Of a stretch of 27,180 nucleotides of DNA, positions 21,626 to 27,180 are shown piece by piece. The position numbers and the translations under genes are program-made. The stretch's first letter is position 1; every line of letters begins with the position of its first letter. The DNA comes from a virus (taxonomy: Duplodnaviria > Heunggongvirae > Uroviricota > Caudoviricetes): the IMG/VR virus record IMGVR_UViG_2740892115_000003; one strand, 5' to 3'. Below the pieces are notes generated by a model. That model searched no databases and had not been told where the DNA came from. It worked only from the letters and a program-made list of their open reading frames with translations.

Positions 21626-22093
21626 ATGCTTAAGACAAACAGTCTGCGAGAGTCCATGCTTCATGGGTGTCGGTGGTGCCAGGCTAATCCCGAGAAATTC
21701 ACCATTTTCGTGGAGAGCGGCAACATTGAAACGACCGGAGAAGCGCCCTCGTTTGTTTACCGCTATCAGATGGTGATGTTTGTCATGGATTACGCCGGAG
21801 AGCTGGACGACCTCACGCTGCCGCTGCTGGCGTGGTTATCCGAAAATCAGCCACAGTTGTTGCTCAATCCGGAGCGTAATCAGGACATCAAATTTTCTGC
21901 CGTTATCAATGACGATGACAGCGCCGATCTCCTGTTTACGCTCCCCCTGCGGGAACGCGTTCGCATCACGCGCAACAGTCAGGGCACACCGCAGGCAGAA
22001 CACCTGCCGGAGCCAAAACCCCGTCTGCCTTCTTCCGAAGGCGACTGGTCGCATGTATTCCAGGATGTGACGTGGGGTGAAAGCGATGGATAA
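21626..22093 (+). CDS. R: Tail completion protein R
   Basis: MLKTNSLRE...FVESGNIE...LPLLAWLSENQP aligns with P2 gpR (MLKPDSLRR...FVDNGSIA...VPVLAWLRENQP, from memory). It is 155 aa. Confidence 0.85.
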   Translation: MLKTNSLRESMLHGCRWCQANPEKFTIFVESGNIETTGEAPSFVYRYQMVMFVMDYAGELDDLTLPLLAWLSENQPQLLLNPERNQDIKFSAVINDDDSADLLFTLPLRERVRITRNSQGTPQAEHLPEPKPRLPSSEGDWSHVFQDVTWGESDG

Positions 22094-22721
22094 GGCATTC
22101 ACCAGCGTGGATGAAACCTTTGAGGCTATCCGCGACAGCCTGAATCAGCAGGCCATCAATAACATCGCCAGAAAGCTGGCACAGGATTTACGTCGCGCCC
22201 AGCAGGCACGTATCCGGTCACAAAAAGCGCCGGACGGGACCGAATGGACACCACGCAGACGCCGCGTAACCCGGATACAGGAGCGCATTCGCTTTATCTG
22301 GAATAACGAAGCACGCACGCTGAAAAACTGGCATCACGACACAGGGAAATACGGGCGAACCATTACCGGGTGGGATGAGGATAAAAACAATATCCGCACG
22401 TTTTACCGGGATGACATCGACCGTTTTCTGGAAATACGCACCCGGCGCATCAACCAGGACAGCACAAAGCGCGTCCCCATGTTCGTAAAACTGCGCACCG
22501 CCCGCTACCTGAAAGCCCGTGCAGATGCTTCCGGTGTGACGGTGGGTTACAGCGGCGTGGCCGCACGTATTGCCCGCGTTCATCAGTTCGGTGAGCGCGA
22601 TCAGGTTGCGCCGGGCATTTTCACCGATTACCCGGTACGTGAGCTGCTGGGTATCAGCCAGGCAGATGAGCGCCTGATTTATAACACGGTGCTGGGCCGG
22701 ATTGCGGAGGCTGTACGGTGA
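22086..22721 (+). CDS. S: Tail completion / virion morphogenesis protein S (with an internal insertion)
   Basis: The ATG is at 22086, with a track GTG at 22077 in the same frame. The ends align with P2 gpS (QQARIRSQKAPDGTEW ... MFVKLRTARYLKA ... ARVHQFG ... LLGIS.AD). About 60 extra residues sit in the middle. Confidence 0.8.
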   Translation: MDKAFTSVDETFEAIRDSLNQQAINNIARKLAQDLRRAQQARIRSQKAPDGTEWTPRRRRVTRIQERIRFIWNNEARTLKNWHHDTGKYGRTITGWDEDKNNIRTFYRDDIDRFLEIRTRRINQDSTKRVPMFVKLRTARYLKARADASGVTVGYSGVAARIARVHQFGERDQVAPGIFTDYPVRELLGISQADERLIYNTVLGRIAEAVR

Positions 22722-23299
22722 GCGCAGAACTCATGCGACTGCTGAGCAATATCATCCGCACCGGGATCATCTCTGAAGTTGATGAGAAGTCCTGGCGCGT
22801 GCGCGTTCGCAGCGGCGAACTGGAAACAGGCTGGCTGCGCTGGAACACCACGCGCGCGGGAGCCTTCAATGTGTGGCTGCCGCCATCACCAGGCGAACAG
22901 GTGGTAATTGCCTGCATTGGCGGCAACCCGGAAACCGCCATGATAATTGGCAGCCTGTGGAGTGATGCCAGTCCGGCCCCCGGCAAAAGCCTGAAAGAAA
23001 TCGTGATCAGCGCGCCGGACGGCGCGGTGTTCCGCTACGACGCGGACGCAGGCGCACTGAGCGCCAGCGGCATGAAAACGGCCACTTTACAGGCATCCGT
23101 CAGCGTGAAACTGGACACGCCCGTCGTGGAATGCACAAACCTTCTGAGAACGGCGACGCTTGACGTCACAAAAGGAGGAAAGATGAGCGGCAATATCACG
23201 CACAGCGGCGGCAACTTCACCTCAAACGACATCACGGTGCATACGCATAAACACGGTGGCGTGAAAGGCGGCAGCGATTCGACAGGAGGCCCGCAGTGA
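22718..23299 (+). CDS. V: Baseplate spike / assembly protein V
   Basis: It has a GTGA overlap with S. IRTGII.E.D, W.RAG, GEQV and HTHKH..GG align with remembered P2 gpV. Confidence 0.9.
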   Translation: MSAELMRLLSNIIRTGIISEVDEKSWRVRVRSGELETGWLRWNTTRAGAFNVWLPPSPGEQVVIACIGGNPETAMIIGSLWSDASPAPGKSLKEIVISAPDGAVFRYDADAGALSASGMKTATLQASVSVKLDTPVVECTNLLRTATLDVTKGGKMSGNITHSGGNFTSNDITVHTHKHGGVKGGSDSTGGPQ

Positions 23300-23646
23300 C
23301 AACCCGCTACACAGGAATGAATCCGGACGGGACGGGAAACCTGAACGATATGGAGCACCTGAAACAGTCAGCCAGGGACATCCTGACCACCCCGCTGGCC
23401 AGCCGGGTTATGCGACGGGAATATGGCAGCCTTGTACCTGATTTGATTGACGAACCCATGAATAACACCACGCGTCTGCAATGCATGAGTGCTGCCGTGA
23501 TTGCGCTGACACGATGGGAACCCCGCATTGCCCTGGACGCCATCGACGTTGTCTGGAAAGCGGGAGGCCGCGCCGGGGTGACGCTGTCGGGCACTGTCAT
23601 GCAGACCATGCAGAATGTTGAGTTAACCATCACGCTGAGGGAGTAA
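23296..23646 (+). CDS. W: Baseplate wedge protein W (gp25-like)
   Basis: MTTRYTGMN...DILTTPLASRVMRREYGS aligns with P2 gpW (MTARYLGMN...DILRTPVGSRVMRRDYGS, from memory). Confidence 0.9.
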   Translation: MTTRYTGMNPDGTGNLNDMEHLKQSARDILTTPLASRVMRREYGSLVPDLIDEPMNNTTRLQCMSAAVIALTRWEPRIALDAIDVVWKAGGRAGVTLSGTVMQTMQNVELTITLRE

Positions 23647-23649
23647 ATC

Positions 23650-24546
23650 ATGCCTGCTGTTGACCTTTCCCAGTTACCGGAACCCGCCATCATCGCGAAG
23701 CCTGATTTTGAGGCAATTCTGGCTGACACAAAGGCCATGATGATTGCGTCCTATCCTGCCGAACAGCGTGAAGCCGTCTCCGCCGCGCTGGAGCTGGAAT
23801 CAGAACCCCTGAACGTTATCGCCCAGACAACAGCGTTTCGTGAAATGCTGTTACGCCAGCGGGTCAATGAGGGTGCACGCGCCTGCATGTTAAGCCACAG
23901 CGCCGGGACAGACCTGGACAACCTCACGGGCAATATGAACACAAAGCGCCTGGTTATCACTCCGGCAACGGATACCACCGACGCGGTGATGGAAAGCGAC
24001 ACATCGCTGAGACTGCGGGCGCAACGGGCGTATGACGGTCTGAGTGTTGCTGGCCCGTCAGGCGCATACGAGTATTTTGCACGCAGCGCCAGCGGTCTGG
24101 TACGCGACGCGCGAGCCATCAGCCCGTCTCCGGCCAACGTGACGGTTTCCATCCTGTCCACTGAAGGCGACGGCACAGCAACGGAGGCGTTGCTTAATAC
24201 CGTTCGCGCCGTTCTGAATGCAGAGGATACCCGCCCGGTGGCCGACCGCCTGACCGTACAGAGCGCCAGAATCGTGACATGGCGGCTGAATGCAAAACTG
24301 TACTTTTACCCCGGCCCGGAATCCGAACCTATTCTGGCCGCGGCTGAATCGTCGTTCAGGAAGTGGCTGGCTGAGCAGGGGCTTATCGGTCAGGACGTGG
24401 CGTTGTCCGCCATTGCTGCCGCACTGCATGTGCACGGTGTGCAACGCGTGGAGATAATCGAACCCACACAGAATATGGCCATCAGCGACATACAGGCGGC
24501 GCGCTGTGAGTCATTCACCATCAGCGAAGGTGGACGCAATGAGTAA
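23650..24546 (+). CDS. J: Baseplate protein J
   Basis: It is 298 aa and syntenic between W and I. It matches the baseplate J family in size and layout. Confidence 0.9.
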   Translation: MPAVDLSQLPEPAIIAKPDFEAILADTKAMMIASYPAEQREAVSAALELESEPLNVIAQTTAFREMLLRQRVNEGARACMLSHSAGTDLDNLTGNMNTKRLVITPATDTTDAVMESDTSLRLRAQRAYDGLSVAGPSGAYEYFARSASGLVRDARAISPSPANVTVSILSTEGDGTATEALLNTVRAVLNAEDTRPVADRLTVQSARIVTWRLNAKLYFYPGPESEPILAAAESSFRKWLAEQGLIGQDVALSAIAAALHVHGVQRVEIIEPTQNMAISDIQAARCESFTISEGGRNE

Positions 24547-25147
24547 TTCGTTGTTACCACCATCAGCCAGCAATTTCATGCGTTGTGCCGAAGCCGTCGG
24601 AACACGCATTACAGACATTCCGGTAGACCTCAACACGCTGTGGTCGCCGGACACCTGCCCGGTGCATCTGCTGCCTTATCTCGCCTGGGCGTTTTCCGTT
24701 GACCGCTGGGATCGCAACTGGCCGGAAGAGACAAAGCGACAGGTGATTCGTGATGCATGGCTGATACACCGACACAAAGGGACCATCAGCGCACTGCGAA
24801 GAGCCGTGGAGCCTCTCGGCTACCTGATTGAAGTAAAGGAGTGGTGGCAACTCAACGAGGAGCCGGGAACATTTCGCATTGTTGTCGGAGTACTTGATCA
24901 GGGCATCACCGATGAAATGTATCAGGAACTTGAGCGCCTTATTGCGGATGCAAAACCAGTAAGTCGCCATCTGACGGGGCTGGCGATCAGCCTGAGTGTG
25001 AACGGAAAGATTTTCGTTGGTACGGGATGCTATCACGGCGATGCCCTGACGGTTTATCCCTACACCCCGGAGTCCATTATTGTCGAAGGGGATTATTTCC
25101 CTGCCCCGGCCATTCATTTAATTGATAATCTGAGAGTAAACGCATGA
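24539..25147 (+). CDS. I: Baseplate / tail-fibre-attachment protein I
   Basis: The ATG at 24539 overlaps the end of J. LWSPDTCPVHLLPYLAWAFSVDRWD..WPE..KR.VIRDA...HKGTI.A.RR.VEPLGYL aligns closely with P2 gpI (from memory). Confidence 0.9.
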   Translation: MSNSLLPPSASNFMRCAEAVGTRITDIPVDLNTLWSPDTCPVHLLPYLAWAFSVDRWDRNWPEETKRQVIRDAWLIHRHKGTISALRRAVEPLGYLIEVKEWWQLNEEPGTFRIVVGVLDQGITDEMYQELERLIADAKPVSRHLTGLAISLSVNGKIFVGTGCYHGDALTVYPYTPESIIVEGDYFPAPAIHLIDNLRVNA

Positions 25148-26874
25148 CAGTGAAATACTACGCCATTCTGACTAATCAGGGCGCGGCACGACTGGCTAAC
25201 GCGACGATGCTCGGCAGTAAGCTGAATCTGACGCGAATGGCCGTTGGTGATGCAAATGGTGTGTTACCAACACCAGACCCTGCACAAACAAAACTGATTA
25301 ACCAGAAACGCATTGCACCGCTGAATCTTCTGAGTGTTGACCCTAACAATCAGAGCCAGATTATTGCGGAGCAAATCATCCCTGAAAGCGAGGGAGGATT
25401 CTGGATCCGTGAGATTGGTCTTTATGATGATAAAGGTGTACTCATTGCGGTGGCAAACTGCCCGGAAACGTACAAACCGCAGTTGCAGGAAGGCAGTGGA
25501 CGCACCCAGACTATCCGCATGATTCTGGTTGTCACGAACACCGAAGCCATCACGCTGAAAATCGACCCGTCTGTGGTTCTGGCAACCCGCAAATATGTGG
25601 ATGATAAAATATCAGAGCACGAGCAGTCACGACGTCACCCGGACGCCTCGCTGACCGCAAAAGGCTTTGTTCAACTTAGCAGCGCCACCAACAGCACCTC
25701 TGAAACGCTGGCCGCAACACCGAAAGCGGTTAAGGCTGCATATGACCTGGCTAACGGGAAATATACCGCTCAGGATGCGACTACGGCACGAAAAGGCCTT
25801 GTTCAACTCAGTAGCGCCACAAACAGCACGTCTGAAACGCTGGCCGCAACACCGAAAGCGGTTAAGGCTGCATATGACCTGGCTAACGGGAAATATACCG
25901 CTCAGGATGCGACTGCGGCACGAAAAGGCCTTGTTCAACTCAGTAGCGCCACAAACAGCACGTCTGAAACGCTGGCAGCGACACCAAAAGCTGTTAAGGC
26001 GGTAATGGATGAAACGAACAAGAAAGCGCCCTTAAATAGTCCTGCACTGACCGGAACGCCAACAACACCAACTGCGCGACAGGGAACGAATAATACCCAA
26101 ATCGCAAGCACGGCTTTCGTTATGGCTGCGATTGCCGCCCTTGTAGATTCGTCACCTGATGCACTGAACACGCTGAACGAGCTGGCTGCGGCGCTGGGCA
26201 ACGACCCGAATTTTGCGACCACCATAACTAACGCGCTTGCGGGTAAGCAACCGAAGGATGCCACCCTGACGGCGCTGGCGGAGCTTGCTACATCAGCAGA
26301 TAAACTCCCATATTTTAAAGGGGCAGATCGTGCCGCGTTAACTGCACTGACAAGTGTTGGACGCGCCATTCTTGGTAAGACCAGTATTCAGAGCGTTCTT
26401 GATTACCTTGGTTTGGGGGAAGGCTCTGCATTGCCTGTTGGTGTACCGGTTCCATGGCCCACCGCCACACCGCCAGCAGGCTGGTTACAGTGCAACGGAG
26501 CTACGTTCACCAAAGAACAATATCCTGTTCTGGCCAGAGTCTACCCGACCCTCCGTCTTCCCGATTTACGCGGTGAGTTTATCCGTGGATGGGACGGTGG
26601 TCGCAAGGTTGATACCGGGCGTGCGCTACTTTCATTTCAGGAAGGGACTATCGTATCCGGTTTTGATGATAATGATACCGGAGATATCAGTTCGCTCGGC
26701 TCTACACAATACGGATTTGGTGACGCTTTAACCTCTAATCAACTGGGGGTCATAAATGGCAAAAAGTGGATATTTGATGCATCCTCTAAAGGTGCACGAA
26801 GACATGACTGGTGGGCTTATGTATCAGCTCGCCCCCGCAATATCGCATTTAACTATATCGTGAGGGCGGCGTGA
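25144..26874 (+). CDS. H: Tail fibre protein H (P2-type N-terminal and shaft region, tail-collar-type C-terminal receptor domain)
   Basis: The N-terminal two-thirds are nearly colinear with remembered P2 gpH (GFW.RE.GLYDD.G.LIAVAN, EHEQSRRHPDASLTAKGF, NTQIA.TAFVMAAIAALVDSSPDALNTLNELAAALGNDPNF). After YLGL the sequence switches to a collar-type domain (PVPWPTATPPAGWLQCNGATF...LPDLRGEFIRGWD). Confidence 0.92.
   Translation: MTVKYYAILTNQGAARLANATMLGSKLNLTRMAVGDANGVLPTPDPAQTKLINQKRIAPLNLLSVDPNNQSQIIAEQIIPESEGGFWIREIGLYDDKGVLIAVANCPETYKPQLQEGSGRTQTIRMILVVTNTEAITLKIDPSVVLATRKYVDDKISEHEQSRRHPDASLTAKGFVQLSSATNSTSETLAATPKAVKAAYDLANGKYTAQDATTARKGLVQLSSATNSTSETLAATPKAVKAAYDLANGKYTAQDATAARKGLVQLSSATNSTSETLAATPKAVKAVMDETNKKAPLNSPALTGTPTTPTARQGTNNTQIASTAFVMAAIAALVDSSPDALNTLNELAAALGNDPNFATTITNALAGKQPKDATLTALAELATSADKLPYFKGADRAALTALTSVGRAILGKTSIQSVLDYLGLGEGSALPVGVPVPWPTATPPAGWLQCNGATFTKEQYPVLARVYPTLRLPDLRGEFIRGWDGGRKVDTGRALLSFQEGTIVSGFDDNDTGDISSLGSTQYGFGDALTSNQLGVINGKKWIFDASSKGARRHDWWAYVSARPRNIAFNYIVRAA
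25660..25998 (+). repeat. In-frame 132-bp tandem repeat (about 2.6 copies) inside H
   Basis: Units start at 25660, 25792 and 25924. Each encodes KG(F/L)VQLSSATNSTSETLAATPKAVKAAYDLANGKYTAQDAT.AR. Units 1 and 2 differ at only a few positions. Confidence 0.95.
26396..26421. promoter_or_regulatory. Candidate Din-family (Hin/Gin/Cin/Pin) DNA-invertase crossover site at the H constant/variable junction
   Basis: TTCTTGATTACC-TT-GGTTTGGGGGAA matches hixL (TTCTTGAAAACCAAGGTTTTTGATAA, from memory) at 18 of 26 positions. The ACC-NN-GGTTT core is conserved. It encodes the YLGLGE point where similarity to P2 gpH ends. Confidence 0.45.
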
Positions 26875-26880
26875 TACCGT

Positions 26881-27180
26881 TCAGCCGGCAAGCGCCAGTG
26901 GCGCTTCCGGCCAGCTGATTTCAGGTGCCTTGCTGATATCCAGTGCGTTCAGCTCGTCGATATAATCCAGCACGGCGTTCAGTTTTGCCGTTTCTTCTGG
27001 TTTCAGACTGCGACCTGCCCGCAGTTTGAGGTTGATGAGGTCGATGGACTTCATCGCCTGATCCACCCGTTTCTGGCGTTGCTGTCTGGCAACCTCCAGT
27101 TCTGCGGCTCGCTGCCGTTCAGTATCGGTTACCCACGCCTCACCGTTCCAGGTATCCCATGGCGTGGCTGGCTGTTTTGT
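26881..27180 (-). CDS. Tail fibre assembly (chaperone) protein, Tfa/gpG/U family; N-terminus lies beyond the window
   Basis: The minus-strand frame stays open to the window edge. Hand translation gives ...TKQPATPWDTWNGEAWVTDTERQRAAELEVARQQRQKRVDQAMKSIDL...ISWPEAP. WNGEAWV.D and the terminal WP..P are typical of Tfa proteins. Its stop lies 6 nt from the H stop, tail-to-tail. Confidence 0.85.
   Translation of the reverse strand, partial: TKQPATPWDTWNGEAWVTDTERQRAAELEVARQQRQKRVDQAMKSIDLINLKLRAGRSLKPEETAKLNAVLDYIDELNALDISKAPEISWPEAPLALAG

Larger units (their letters stand above)
1..27180. mobile_element. P2-like temperate phage / prophage segment (integrase through tail-fibre region; both ends run out of the window)
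   Basis: The order int-C-cox-...-A-(cargo)-cos gap-Q/P(minus)-O-N-M-L-X-lysis-R-S-V-W-J-I-H matches P2/186. Most products align by eye with remembered P2 proteins. Confidence 0.95.

Noticed and set aside
25627-26005. ORFs 25627..25938 (-) and 25667..26005 (+) with internally repeated peptides; a CRISPR-like array was also considered
   Set aside because: Both are off-frame readings of the 132-bp in-frame tandem repeat of tail-fibre gene H. The repeats are contiguous with no unique spacers, so this is not a CRISPR array.

Overview
This window is the left and central part of a P2-like (Peduovirus-type) temperate phage or prophage. It runs from the integrase stop codon (position 1) into the tail-fibre region. 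The gene order is P2-syntenic. It starts with int, the C repressor and cox. About ten small early ORFs follow, then the rolling-circle initiator A and an accessory cargo island. After the cos-containing gap come Q and P on the minus strand. The late genes are O-N-M-L-X, a lysis cassette, R-S-V-W-J-I-H, and an inverted tfa. Five things depart from the P2 plan. (1) A ~320 bp non-coding stretch (5006-5325) upstream of gene A contains a hand-foldable 76-nt Y-shaped RNA. Its two unpaired segments are complementary to paired boxes both upstream and downstream, and the downstream pair overlaps a ribosome-binding site. This is the architecture of the P1 c4 and P4 CI antisense-RNA immunity systems. (2) The slot between A and cos, which holds tin/old in P2 and is a known anti-phage hotspot, carries three modules. 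These are an R1-type ParM/ParR partition pair with no visible parC, a small protein ending in a near-copy of the ClpX zinc-binding N-domain, and a Phd/Doc toxin-antitoxin pair. (3) A NanS-p-like protein (DUF1737, sialate O-acetylesterase and lectin-like domains) is translationally coupled to the spanins. The endolysin is an M15 peptidase. (4) Tail-fibre gene H has an extra 132-bp tandem repeat. (5) H also has a hix/gix-like crossover site at its constant/variable boundary, followed tail-to-tail by an inverted tfa with no plus-strand tfa. All calls rest on reading the sequence, remembered family motifs and synteny. No searches or folding programs were run.
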